A DNA stretch of 64,000 nt from Mobula hypostoma (Eukaryota). Within the stretch, counting starts at the first letter, position 1. The number at the start of each line of letters is the position of its first letter. The position numbers and the translations under genes are program-made. The stretch spans positions 90,150,001 to 90,214,000 of the forward strand of contig NC_086108.1 of assembly GCF_963921235.1 (NCBI RefSeq), written 5' to 3'. Positions 14,196 to 26,971 of the stretch are shown piece after piece. The notes beneath the pieces were generated by a model that worked only from the letters and a program-made list of their open reading frames with translations, did not search any database and was not told the DNA's origin.

Positions 14196-15049
14196 TCTTT
14201 TTAAAATGAATGGTTTTAATTATCGGAGGCATAAGTCACTAAGAAATATTCACAAACAGCAGACAATGTTTGTAGAATTTTAAAAACTAAGTAACACAAT
14301 ACTTCACAAGCTTTTATAAGGCCATAGATTGAGAGGGATATGGGCTGACATCTTGATCGGCATGAAAGAGTTGGGCTGAAGGGTCTGCTTCTGTGCAGTG
14401 CAACTCAATGACTCCTTGTCACCACTCCAAGCCCACTACCAACATCGAGAGTGCTGATTTACCATAGGGATTGAAACATCAAGTCCTAGTAGCTCTACAT
14501 ACAATGCTCTGGAATTCCAAAACACATTGTAACTTTTTTAAAAAGTTAAATTAACTCACAATGAAAGAGAGTATTTCTTGAAAAGTATAGGTCTTGGAAA
14601 TATTTTAAAAGGTCTTTCGAAGTTTGTAAAGCTTATTAATGATGCCAATTTCATTAATGCTATCAACTGAAAAATATTTGTAAGTCTTTTTGTGTCTTTT
14701 GAAATCTATTGCATCATTCTCTTCCACAAATACCAATGTGGAAGCATTCCTTATGCATCTTTGGACCAGTGCAAAAGAACTTCACGTAAGTTCTTTCTGT
14801 AAATAGTGGACAATCAGTCTTGCTTCTTCTTTGCTAGAATTCCACATGCAATATGCTCCTCAAACTTGCATTCAATTTCTGTATTTCCCTGTTCAAATGC
14901 ACAAGTACACAAATACCAAACTTATTAACATTTTCAAGTATCATCATGCTTATCCTATCATCACTCCCACAAAATCTCGATCAATGTACTTTGTAAGATG
15001 AGGCAGTGATAACTTCATATCCTTCTTCAAAGTGTGTGAAAAGGGAATA

Positions 15050-15440
15050 GTGTAATGACAGAAAGTGTTCTATAGAAAGTCAATGAAGACTGGTTTTCAT
15101 GATGTGATGACCTGTGTCCTCAACCGTGCAGATTCTTGCAGTCATGGGCAAAGCAGTTGCCAAACCAAGCCATGGTGAATCTAGATAGGATGCTTTCTAT
15201 AGCGCATCAATAAAAATTGATGAGGGTCAAAGGAGGCATGTCAAATTTCTTTAGTCTGTTGAGGAAGTAGAAGTTCTGGAGAGGTTTCTTGTCCATGGTA
15301 TCAACATGGTTAGACCAGAACAGGTTATCAATGTTGAGTATAATAGTGGTGGAGTTGTTGCTACCTATCCTTACTGACTATGGTCTATTGATCAGGAAGT
15401 CAAGGGTCCAGTTGCATGGGGAGGTGTTGAGTTCCAGGTT
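15050..15440 (-). mobile_element. Rex1/Babar-like LINE fragment (old)
   Basis: Resembles 61130-61350 (ccaaaccaagcc...ggatgctttct...aggaagtagaag). Confidence 0.5.
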
Positions 15441-15914
15441 TACAACATTGGACAATGTTGTTTATTGATTGTAAGTAATGGCACAATGAATTTTAATGCT
15501 TGATTCACCTTACATATGCAGTAAGCAAATCTTATACTGGAGGCAAAAGCAGTTTAGTCTAGTGTACAAAACTGTATTTCATTCCTTCAGGTATGAACTT
15601 GTGCAGTTTCATCTTGTATCAGTTAATTGTATTTGTTTGTACTTAAGTATGAATATAAATTGTTTTGCATCCAACATTATGAAGCAATGGCAACTCAACA
15701 TTTGAAGAACCTAAATGTCTCCCCTGCAAATTAAGATAAACATCCTTCTAGTACCAGAAGGACTCGCCCAGTGCATTATTCCTTCCTGGAATGACAAAGG
15801 GAATATTTACTTTATGCCCGAAAATAGCTAAAGTAAAGAATATTATGGACCACCTGGTTAATAATTGCTAATGGTACAAGAGTGGAAGATTTTTCACATA
15901 ATTCAATGTCAACC

Positions 15915-16095
15915 AGCACAAAATGCTGGAGGAATGCAGTGGGTCAGGCAGCATCCTGATGAAGGATCTAGATGAAGAGTCTTGGCCTGAAATGTCGATT
16001 GTTCATTTTAATCCATAAATACTGCCTGATCTGCTGAGTTCCTCCAGTATCTTTTGCATGTTGATACAGGTTTCCAACATCTGTAGTCTCTCTTC
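15915..16095. mobile_element. Fold-back Penelope-derived element with degenerate hammerhead motif
   Basis: aaaatgctggagga...tcaggcagca / gatgaagagtcttggcctgaaatgtcga...tgcctgatctgctgagttcctccagta. Confidence 0.7.
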
Positions 16096-16811
16096 TGATT
16101 CAGTATCATACTCCTGTTGCTATTATCCTAGAAGGAGACATATAGCCTACTTAGGGCACTGTAGTTACCCAGAGTGACAGTGATTGGATAATTCCCCTAT
16201 CAATCAATCTTGGAAACAGATTCAGATTTATAATTTTATTTAATTCTTTTATGACTGTTTCTAACTTGCTAGACATTCTGGAATTTTATTGAGAAGTGGG
16301 ACTTTTAGAGTGTAAGAGGATTTAGCGGGGGCAGAATTTGTTGCATCCAGGAGGGTTTGTTACATCAATACATAGATAGTCCAACAAGAAGAAAGGCTGT
16401 AATGGACATTGTGTTTTTATAATGAGCCTGGCCAGGTGACCAACCACTCAGTGGGTAAGCAGTTAGGGAACAGTGACCAGAACTCCTTAAGTTTTCAGAC
16501 AGCTATGGATAAATAAAGAATGGACTTTGCAGGAGATTGGAGGAGGGCAAATTACAAGAGAGTTAATTGGGAATAGCTGTTTTTGAGCAAGTCCACATGT
16601 GGAGAGTGTTTAAAGACCAAATACACAGAATATAGGACAGGTATATTCCAATATGAAGGAAGGACAACAATGGCAAGGTAAGAGAACCTTGGATGTCGAG
16701 AGAGGTGATAAATTTAGTCAAGAAGAGAAAAGGAACATATTTAAAACTTAGGAAGCTAGTATCAAAAAGAGCCCTTGAGGATTATAAAGAAGCTAGAAAA
16801 GAACTCAAGAA

Positions 16812-17230
16812 TTGGTTGAGTGAACTTGGCCTTTTCTCCTTGGAGCGACAGAGGATGAGAGATGACCTGATAGAGGTGTATAAGATGATGAGAGGCATTG
16901 ATCGTGTAGATAGAGGCTTTTTCCCGGGGTTGAAATGGCTAACATGAGTGGGCATAGTTTTAAGCTGCTTGGAGGTAGGTACTGAGGAAATGCCAGGGGT
17001 AAGTTTTTTATGCAGAGAGTGGTGAGTGCGTGGAATGGGCTGCCAGCGACGGTGGTGGAGGCGGATATGATAGGGTATTTTAAGGGACTCCTGGATAGGT
17101 ACATGGAGCTTAGAAAAATAGAGGGCTATGCATAACCCTAGGTAATTTCTAAAGCGAAAACATGTTCGGCACAGCTTTGTGGGCCAAAGGGCTTGTATTG
17201 TGTTGTAGGCTTTCTATGTTCTATGTTCTA
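16812..17230 (+). mobile_element. Younger CR1 3' fragment nested in the older CR1
   Basis: LSELGLFSLERQRMRDDLIEVYKMM; closely similar to 9810-10221; host reads gaactcaagaa|aggagttaggag across it. Confidence 0.85.
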
Positions 17231-17298
17231 AAGGAGTTAGGAGAGCCAAGAGGGGCCACGAAAAGTCCTTGGTAAGTAGGATGAAAGAAAATCCCAGG

Positions 17299-17393
17299 AC
17301 GAAGGGTTTCGGCCCGAAACGTCGACTGTACCTCTTCCTAGAGATGCTGCCTGGCCTGCTGCGTTCACCAGCAACTTTGATGTGTGTTGCTTG
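17299..17393 (+). mobile_element. Penelope-like terminal repeat fragment with partial hammerhead motif
   Basis: gacgaagggtttcggcccgaaacgtcgactgtacctcttcctagagatgctgcc. Confidence 0.8.
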
Positions 17394-18117
17394 AGCTGAG
17401 TTTAACAGGTGTCATTCGTTCATTAGCATAGCTAACGTTATTTAAACTAGCTGGCTCGCTGCTAAGGAGCTACTCTATTGCAGACATCCCACCTCTCCCA
17501 GGAGTCTCCCGCAAATTGATGGTGCTACCTCCCTGAAATGAGTTTTTGCAGGGTGGGATGTCTGCAGATGATTAAGATGCATGAGATCAGTGGTGAATTG
17601 ACTTGTCCCTTTGGTGGTCAAAGGGCCTTATTCTAGCCAGAGGTCTGAGATTAGTAATATTCTGCAAGGATCTGTATTGGCACCTCTGCTGTTTGTGATG
17701 CATATAAATGACCCAAATAAAAATGTAGATGGGTAGGTTATTAGGTTTGCAGATTATACAAAGATTGATAGTGTTGCGGTTAGCAAGGCTGACGGGCAAA
17801 AAAAATAGCGACATATAAATCAGTTGCAGATATGGGCAGACAAATGGCAGATGGAGTTTAACCCAGCCACCTTGATATGTCAAATATAAAGAGACAGTAC
17901 ACTTTTGAAGTTGATGAGCAGAGGGATCTTGAGATCCAAGTTCATAGCTCCCTAAAAGTGGCTGCACAGATTGATAGGATGGTTAAGAAGGTATATGGCA
18001 TACCTGTCTTTATTTTCAAGACACTGAGTTCAAAAGTCAGGAAGTTATGTTGTAGCTTTGGAGATGGTGCAGAAGAGGTTTACCAGGATGCTACTTGGAT
18101 TAGAGGGCATGTGCTAT

Positions 18118-19378
18118 GGGACTTGTTCTGGAGCTGCTCCGGCCTATGGTTAGGCCACACTTAGATCCCCTCCAGTTCGCTTACCAGCCCCGACTAGGAA
18201 TTGAGGATGCCATCGTCTACCCGCTGAACCGCGTCTACGCCCACCTGGACAAGCCAACGAGCACTGTGAGGGTCATGCTTTTTGACTTCTCCAGTGCGTT
18301 CAACACCATCCGCCCTGCTCTGTTGCGGGAGAAGCTGACAGTGATGCAGGTGGATGCTTCCCTGGTATCATGGATTCTTGATTACCTGACTGGCAGACCA
18401 CAGTACCTGTGCTTGCAACACTGTGTGTCCGACAAAGTGATCAGCAGCACTGGGGCTCCATAGGGACTGTCTTGTCTCCCTTTCTCTTCACCATTTACAC
18501 CTCGGACTTCAACCGCTGCACAGAGTCTTATCATCTTCAGAAGCTTTCTGATGACTCTGCCATAGTTGGACGCATCAGCAAGGGAGATGAGACTGAGTAC
18601 AGGGCTACAGTAGGAAACTTTGTCACATGGTGTGAGCAGAATTATCTGCAGCTTACTGTGAAAAAGACTAAGGAGCTGGTGGTAGACCTGAGGAGAGCTA
18701 AGGCACCGGTGACCCCTGTTTCCATCCAGAGGGTCAATGTGGACATGGTGGAGGATTACAAATACCTGGGGATATGAATTGACAATAAACTGGACTAGTC
18801 AAAGAACACTGAGGCTGTCTACAAGAAGGGTCAGAGCCGTCTCTATTTTCTGAGAAGACTGAGGTCCTTTAATATCTGCCGGACGATGCTGAAGATGTTC
18901 TATGAGTCTGTGGTGGCCAGTGCTATCATGTTTGCTGTTGTGTGCTTGGGCAGCAGGCTGAGGGTAGCAGACACCAGCAGAATCAACAAACTCATTCGTA
19001 AAGCCAGTGATGTTGTGGGGATGGAACTGGACTCTCTGACGGTGGTGTCTGAAAAGAGGATGCTGTCCAAGTTGCATGCCATCTTGGACAATGTCTCCCA
19101 TCCACTACATAATGTACTGGTTGGGCACAGGAGTACATTCAGCCAGAGACTCATTCCACCGAGATGCAACACAGAGCGTTATAGGAAGTCATTCCTGCCT
19201 GTGGCCATCAAACTTTACAACTCCTCCCTTGGAGGGTCAGACACCCTGACCCAATAGGCTGGTCCTGGACTTATTTCCTGGCATAATTCACATATTACTA
19301 TTTAATTATTAATTGTGCAACTGTAACGAAAACCAATTTCCCCCGGGATCAATAAAGTATGACTATGACTATGACTAT
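18118..19378 (+). mobile_element. Rex1/Babar-like LINE, 5'-truncated RT region
   Basis: LDPLQFAYQP...DAIVY...VRVMLFDFSSAFNTI, GAP*GTVLSP, LSDD, YKYLG; tail aataaag(tatgac)n; flanked by ctat. Confidence 0.88.
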
Positions 19379-21352
19379 AACAAGAGGCTGGATTGTACTC
19401 TCTGGAGAGGCAGAGGCTGAGGGGAGATCTGTCAAAGGTTTATAAGATTATGACAGGCATCGATAGAGTCAACAGATTGTATCTTTTTTCCATAGTTGAA
19501 TATCGAATATCAGAGACCATACATTTAAGGTGAAAGAAATCATTTCAAAGGATATGTGAGGGGCAAGTTCTTATTTCAAGAGTGATGGGTTCCTGGTATG
19601 TGCTGCCTGGGGTGGTGTTCGAGACAGATTAAAGAATTTTTAGAGACATTAACGTAGGCAAATGAATGTGAGGAAAATGGAAGGATATGGACATTGTGTA
19701 GGCAGAAGAGATTAGTTTAGTTGGTGATTGAATTACTAATTTAACTGATTTGGCATATAATTGTGTGCCGAAATGCCTGTTCCTGTGCTCTACTGGTCTA
19801 TATTCTATATTCTGTGCCTCTGTGATTCTACTTTGTCTAAATTGTAAGTAGAGTTTATTTCTGTGTAACTTGACTTTGTTTGCTGAGCCGGAGATAGCTT
19901 ACTGTGAGTCATAAATCCTACCCTATCTCTAATTACTTGCTGAGTGTTGTCAATAAATATGCCTTAGAATAAGTCTAATTTCCTGATGGGCAAACCATGA
20001 AGTGAAGAGCAAGTTTTGACGTTTCTGACAACACTCTACAATGTCAATGTCCACATTGGCATTCAAGATTTAGTATATTCATAACTTAGAATAGAGTCAA
20101 GACTCAAAGCTGAAAATTCAATATTCTGTCAGTGAAGCCATGTCGCTTACAAAAATCTAACAAAAGAAATAGCCAGCCAGCTTTGTACTGGATTCCAGAA
20201 ATTTTTGGAACTGGATTTGCTTCACAGAAAATATTGAATTCACAATCAACCTATTATGGCTCAGATTCAATCCTTCTGCAAGAAAAATGGCAATCCAAAA
20301 CACATTGTCCATAAAGAATGGAGATGAATGATCCATTAAAAAATATACACCCATTTGATAAACAATTTTCAGTCCTTCACTTATTTATAAAAAGATATTA
20401 GTATCACAATTGGTCAATTTTCTCTTATCTCTTCAGCAAGAATTGATGTGCTGTGGAGCATAAATCCACTGTTTCTGATCAATCTCCAGGAGCTTGTTGA
20501 ATTTGTCATTACAGTCGGTAATAGCAAGCTTTAACCTAATGGGTTATCACAGTCAAGCTAATCTTATTCAAGCCATTCATTTCTTTTTTACTTCTGACAC
20601 TGGTTGTTACATCACAATTAGCAACAGGAACTCTGGATAGACTTCGTTTCACTTAGAAGCATAGGTCCAATTGCTATAACACTCACACAACCTCAGTATA
20701 CACCAGGGATTAAACCTTGTTTCTACAAATTATTTATTCATTGAATTAATCCATTAGGCTATAACAAAAGCTATAAAAATATGTTCCAAATAATTTCCCA
20801 TCTAAATGCCTTCACTTACAGTAAATTGTGAACCAAATTATAATTCTAATATTTAATTAAAATGAACAAATATTTCTGTTCTCTTCCAAATAAATGCTTT
20901 ATGGTTTTAAAAATTATTGATTGAAGACAATTATCATGGTCAGTGGAAATTATATCCTATTCAGACATACCTGAGTGAATACATCAATCAATGGAAAGCA
21001 GCCTAAGATGCATCTAAACTTCGCATGCTAAAATTTAGACCAGTGCGCATGCTATAATTAGAGTTAAGAAACCATGCAGCTAAGTATCTGATCTTACCCC
21101 TTCTGAATGCGATTCTGGATGGTAGTGAAAATATTTTTAAAATAACAAACAAGAAAAAGAGAGCAGTCAGAATAATGACAAAAGCCAACATATGAGTGCA
21201 AAAACAGGGATAATGCATTTGCAGCCAAGATACAGATAAATTCATTTCGCAGCCCATGTGACTACACATTCCAGATATAGACTTTTACGAGCTACACGCA
21301 TCAAAGTTGCTGGTGAACACAGCAGGCCAGGCAGCATCTCTAGGAAGAGGTA

Positions 21353-21390
21353 CAGTCGACGTTTCAGGCCGAGACCCTTCGTCAGGACTA
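21353..21390 (-). ncRNA. Minimal hammerhead ribozyme motif (Penelope type)
   Basis: Minus strand reads tagtc-CTGACGA-agggtctcggcct-GAAACGTC-gactg. Confidence 0.65.
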
Positions 21391-22308
21391 ACTGAAGGAA
21401 GAGCGAGTAAGAGATTTGAAAGTGGGAGGGGGAGGGGGAGATCCAAAATGATAGGAGAAGACAGGAGGGGGAGGGGTGGAGCCAAGAGCTGGACAGGTGA
21501 TTGGCAAAGGGGATATGAGAGGATTACGGGACAGGATGCCCAGGGAGAAGGAAAAGGGGGAGGGGAGGGATAAATCCTGAGGATGAGCAAGGGGTATAGT
21601 CAGAGGGACAGAAGGAGAAAAAGAATGAGAGAAAGAATGTGTGTATATAAATAAATAACGGATGGGGTACGAGGGGGAGGTGGGGCATTAGTGGAAGTTA
21701 GAGAAGTCAATGTTCATGCCATCAGGTTGGAGGCTACCCAGACAGAATATAAGGTGGTGTTCCTCCAACCTGAGTGTGGCTTCATCTTTACAGTAGAGGA
21801 GGCCGTGGCTAGACATGTCAGAATGGGAATGGGATGTGGAATTAAAATGTGTGGCCACTGGGAGATCCTGCTTTCTCTGGCGGAGAAATATCCTGCTTTC
21901 TCCTCTACTGTAAAGATGAAGCCACACTCAGGTTGGAGGAACACCACCTTATATTCTGTCTGGGTCACCTCCAACCTGATGGCATGAACATTGACTTCTC
22001 TAACTTCTGCTAATGCCCCACCTCCCCCTCGTACTCCATCCGTTATTTATTTCTATACACACATTCTTTCTCTCACTCTCCTTTTTCTCCTTCTGTCCCT
22101 CTGACTATACCCCTTGCCCATCCTCTGGGTTCCCCCCTGCCCCTTTCCTTCTCCCTGGGCCTCCTGTCCCATGATCCTCTCATATCACTTTTGTCAATCA
22201 CCTGTCCAGCTCTTGGCTCCATCCCTCCCCCTCCTGTCTTCTCCTATCATTGTGGATCTCCCCCTCCCCCTCCCACTTTCAAATCTCTTACTAGCTCTTC
22301 CTTCAGTT

Positions 22309-22344
22309 AGTCCTGACGAAGGTTCTCGGCCTGAAACGTCGACT
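22309..22344 (+). ncRNA. Minimal hammerhead ribozyme motif (Penelope type)
   Basis: agtc-CTGACGA-aggttctcggcct-GAAACGTC-gact. Confidence 0.6.
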
Positions 22345-22547
22345 TTACCTCTTCCTAGAGATGCTGCCTGACCTACTGCGTTCACCAGCAACTTTGATGT
22401 GTGTTGCTTGAATTTCCAGCATCTGCAGAATTCCTCGTGTTTGACTTTTACGAGCTGTCTGTATACCTAAAATGCTTGTATCTACCAAAGAAAGTGAAAA
22501 TATTCTCTAGCCCATGTCCATAGACTTATCTCCCAGCAGCAAGAGTG

Positions 22548-22741
22548 AGCAACAAACAAAATGCAGGAGAAACTCATCAGGTCAAGTAGTATCTGTGGAA
22601 GGGAATAAACAGTCAACGTTTCAGGCCGAGACACTTGATCGTTTATTCCCCTCGATTGATGCTGTCTAAACTGCCAAGTTTCTCCTGCATTTATGTATTG
22701 CTCTGGATTTCCAGCATCTAAAGAATCTCTTGTGTTTTCAT
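22548..22741. mobile_element. Short fold-back Penelope-derived element
   Basis: aaaatgcaggagaaact ... agtttctcctgcattt arms; flanked by aagagtg at 22541 and 22742. Confidence 0.7.
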
Positions 22742-22873
22742 AAGAGTGGTTTAAGTTATCTTCAAACAAGACTAGTCATTTGCAGCACATAAGCAGCACT
22801 TAGTCATTACAGCAACAGACACAAAAATTGCCAAAGAAACTCAGCAGGTCAGGCAGCATCTATTGGAAAGAGT

Positions 22874-23086
22874 TGTAAAGTAAGATAATTAGGAGAAATG
22901 TACATATTTCACAACCACCAATGTTGAGTTGGGGTTTTGCTTTAAGAGGCTGGTCTGACGTGATGACATTGTTACATAAGGATTTTTAGCGCACTTTTGT
23001 GTTTAGATTTTGGGGTTCAATAAAATTTGTTACAGCTTTCATTAAACATAAAATGACTCACTTTGTTTTATTTGCAAATACCTATA
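22874..23086 (+). repeat. 5' LTR
   Basis: TG start; shares gaggctggtctgac, gttacataagg, ttcaataaaat and cattaaacataaaatg with the 3' LTR; ends TA instead of CA. Confidence 0.88.
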
Positions 23087-26000
23087 TTGGTGACTCTGAC
23101 GCTCTAAGATGATTCCAGAGTTATTAAACATGTTGGCCAACATAGCAGCTTTGAAGCTGTCGGTGTTTTGGGAGCAAAATGCTCTGTGAGAGATCTCCGC
23201 TGATGACAACAAATTCTACGACGTGGTATCATCGTTCAGCGGTTCCATTGCTGCACGAGTGGTGAGTTTGCTGAGCACCAGTCTGAACACGATAAATACC
23301 ACTTGCTGAAAACTCACCTTTTACAGACTTCAGGACTATCGGCGTCTGAGCGCATCAAACAGTTACTGCCCTTATCCGGTTTCAGCGATGCTTGGCCTTC
23401 AAAGCTAATGGACTACCTGCTATCTCTCCTGGGAAAATACAATCGTTGTTTTATTCTTAAAGAACTCCTCATGCAGCAAATGTCTGATCAAGTTTGCAAA
23501 GCCCTCGCTAACGCACCGGTGATGAACTGCAGGTAGCTTGCTAAAATGACTGATAGTCTACACTCCTCTAGGCAGTGGTGCACCATTCTTCCTCCTTTCT
23601 CTACCTATAAGCCTGGTCAGCACAGCCCCCAACATAAGGACTCTTGCAGCTGTGAAACAGGCAATGCCAGGTCTGTGTTTTTACCATGCATGCTTTGGTA
23701 GGAACACTAGGAAGTGCCAACCACCTTGCATCTTTGACAGTGCCAGCACATGGAGACATCAGAGGTCTATGAACACCATGGGTTCTAGCGACCTGAGTCA
23801 TCTATTGTACATTACAGGCACCCTTTCAGGACTTACGGGTGATGTTCTGCTTCAGTGGGTGACGTTACACATGGGACCTCGTCCTGGCTAAAGTGGCTAG
23901 ACTTCTTCTCGGTGCAGATTTCCTGTATGCCCAAGGACTGTTGGTTGATCTTAAGAACTGTTGGCTTGTGGATGTCAAGTATTTTAGGTCCTTACCCTAC
24001 TCTCCAAGTAAGTTCCCCACAATGACTCTGTCAAGTACACACACCACTGCTTGTGGGTTTACATAACTGCTGGGCGAATTCCCAGACATCACCGGGTCCA
24101 CATTCTCCACAACAGTCACAAAACATGGAGTCGAGCACCACGTTCCCACAACTGGCCCACCAGTCCATGCCCGCACGCATAGACTGGACCCAGAAAAGCT
24201 GGCAACCGCGAAGGCTGGGTTACCAACATGAAAAGACTGGGAATTGTACGCTGGTCAAGTATCACCTGGGCTTTACCCCTCCATATGGTCCCTAAGTCAG
24301 ATGGTGGTTGCTGCCTGTGCAGTGATTACCAATGCTTTAATGAGGCCACCTCCCCTTATCTTTACCCGGTCCCACAATCCAAGACTTTACGGCATGTTTA
24401 GCCAGAAAATAATTTTTTTCCAAAGTCGACCTAGTTAGGGGCTAGCATCGGGTGCCTGTGTGTTCAAAGGACATTCCCAAATCAGCTAAGATCACCTTGT
24501 TTGGCCTTTTTGAGGTTCTGTGCATGCCGTTTGGACTGAAAAATGCTGCACAGACTTTCCAACAGCTGATGGACTCTGTATTAAAATACTTAGATTTTCT
24601 TTTTGTTTACTTGGATGACATACTTGTGGCCAATATGTCCAAATCGGAACACATATCTCATCTCTGCACACGTTTCAAACACTTAAGCCAATACAGATTG
24701 ATTAAATGCCAGTTTGATTGTGAACAATTGACTTTTCTTGGCCAACAAATCTCCATAGAAGGTGCAAAATCCCTCCCATCAAAGATAGCCACTATTATGG
24801 ATTTCCAACTGCCTTGCACCACTAAAAAACTACAGGACTTTTAGGCACGGTGAATTTTATCACCACTTTACTCCAGGATCTGCTGAACTTGTGCACCCCA
24901 TTGCTTAAAGGCAATACCCCTAATCAAATGCTTGACAGGACAGTGGATATGACCAGGGTATTTAATGATATTGAACAAGCTCTTCCTAATACAACCCTAC
25001 TGGCACACCTGCTCTCCAGTGCACCCATAGCCATTACTACTGATGCCTCAGACTATGCTGTGGGTGCTGTGCACGAACAGTCGTTTGGAGGCATGTGGCA
25101 GCCGCTTGCCTTCTTCAGCCGGCGGCTCTGTTCGCCCAAAACAAAGTGTAGCACATTGTCCTTGAGCTTCTTGATTTCTATCTGGCTATCTGCTAGCTTT
25201 GTTTTCTTCTAGAGGGCCACCATTTCACAGTGCCTGTCGACCACAAACTCCTCGTGCATGTGATGGCCAAAATATCAGACCCTTGGTCTGCATGGCAGCA
25301 ATGCCACCTGGCTTACATCTTGGAGTTCACAATGGATATACCAGTTATCAAGTGGAAAAATAATGCCATGGCTGGTTGCCTCTCACCGCCAGTCACTGAG
25401 GCTGTTCACAGAGGAGTTGACTACGCTGGCATAGCAGCCAACCAAGTTACTGACCCAGAACTCCAGTCTTACTGAACAGCAATCATGGGCCTGTTGTTGG
25501 CTGTGATTAAGTTCAGGAAAATTGGGGTTTCTCTCATGTGCAATGCGTCAACCAGTTGCCCTCGCCCCATCGTGCCCGCAAACTGCAGACGGATTGTTTT
25601 TGACTCCATACATGGCATCTCGCATCGGGGTTGGAAGGCCTCACAGAAACTGGTCGCACTACAGTTTGTTTGGCATGGCCTCAGAAAGGATGGGTGTGAT
25701 TGGCCTACAGCCTGTGTGGAGTGCCAGCGGGCAAAAATTATCCATCTTGTTCAGGCAGCATTGGCAGCTTTCGAGGTCCGTGAGCGATGGTTTGACCATG
25801 TCAATGGGGACATTGCTGGTTCTTCCTCCCCTCCTGCAGTTTCACACACCTCCTTACCATGGTGGACTGTACCATCAGGTGGCCAAAGGTCATCCCTCTA
25901 GCATTGATAACAGCCGTAAATGTGGCTCAGGCATCCATCAGCACCTGGGCTGCTCTGTTTGGCACCCACCTGATATTTCCTCAGTTCACTCTGGACTTAT

Positions 26001-26755
26001 GGGCTGCGATGGCCCAGAATCTCGGTGTTAAGCTACATCACACTATGGCGTATCACCCGCAGTCCAATGGCCTGTGCGAGCAGTTTAACCACTCTTTAAA
26101 GGCTGCTGTGAGGGCTTCCCTGACCAATGAATGTTGTCATGATCGGCTCCCTTGGGTCCTGTTGGTGCTCAGAAATGCTCCAAAAGAGAACCTTCAGTCA
26201 TCTGTGGCTGAGTTGGTATATGGGCAGCCATTACAAGTGCCTGGGGATTTCATTCCTGATGCCACAACAACCTGGTCGGCCTCTGAACACCATTCCACCC
26301 TCCTCAGTAAATTCAATTCCTTTTCACCTATTCCAACCTTCCACCTATTCCTACCTCCCATCATGGCGTACAGTACTGTTGGGTTCTTATTGACCTACAT
26401 TCCGCCTTGTTTGTCTTTGTCTATCATGACACACACCAACATCCCCTTAGCGCCCCCCCCCCCGCCTTTCGTGTTTGGAATGGGGAGAAAAGACTTTTAT
26501 AGATCAGTGGGATACACCTGAAAGTATTTTGGTAGATTGCCTTAAACTGGCCCACCAAGGTTTGGAGGATTGTGCCACCATGCCACTGGCATCTCAACAT
26601 GACCACGAGCATGTCAAAGCACCTCTGCACGAGTTAGAGGCACCTGCGGTTCCTCCACCCTTGGAACGCAAGACCCAAACCAGGCAGCTTGCCTGAGCTC
26701 CAGACAGGCTCTTAATGCTGGTTTTAATGAATTCTTGGTGGGGGTGGGGGGGTCC

Positions 26756-26971
26756 TGTGAAGGGTAACCTAATTGGGAGAAACGTACGGTATCCACGACC
26801 ACGGACATTGAGTTGTGGTTCCGCCTTGTGAGGCTGGTCTGACATGATGATGTTGTTACATAAGGTTTCTCGGTGCGTTTTTGTGTTTGGGTTTTAGGAG
26901 TTCAATAAAATGTGTTACGGGCTTCATTAAACATAAAATGCCTGACTTCATTTTATTTGTGAAACCCTACA
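26756..26971 (+). repeat. 3' LTR
   Basis: TG...CA termini, follows a purine-rich tract, contains AATAAA. Confidence 0.88.

Larger units (their letters stand above)
16330..19815 (+). mobile_element. Old CR1 LINE hosting nested insertions
   Basis: APE-end, linker and RT remnants continue across insertions at 16812-17230, 17299-17566 and 18118-19378; 3' tail cctgttcctgtgctctac...tctatattctatattct. Confidence 0.75.
21294..22442. mobile_element. Palindromic Penelope-like element: inverted GIY-YIG C-terminus plus terminal repeat
   Basis: Inverted arms of about 500 bp; PVATHFNSTSHSHSDM...LRLEEHHLIFCLGSLQPDGMN; 14-bp TSD gacttttacgagct at 21280-21293 and 22443-22456. Confidence 0.9.
22874..26971 (+). 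mobile_element. Ty3/Gypsy LTR retrotransposon, decayed (gag, RT, RNase H, integrase)
   Basis: Two LTRs; GAGT TSD at 22870-22873 and 26972-26975; PBS-like ttggtgac at 23087; G-rich PPT before 26756; gag CFYH..FG...KCQPPC; RT MPFGLKNAAQTFQ and YLDD; RNase H TDAS; integrase H..SH..C..C and YHPQSNGLCE after RNase H. Confidence 0.93.

Noticed and set aside
17447..17456. Additional tttaaactag match
   Set aside because: Not at a CR1 ORF1/ORF2 junction and lacks the G-rich follower; treated as chance.
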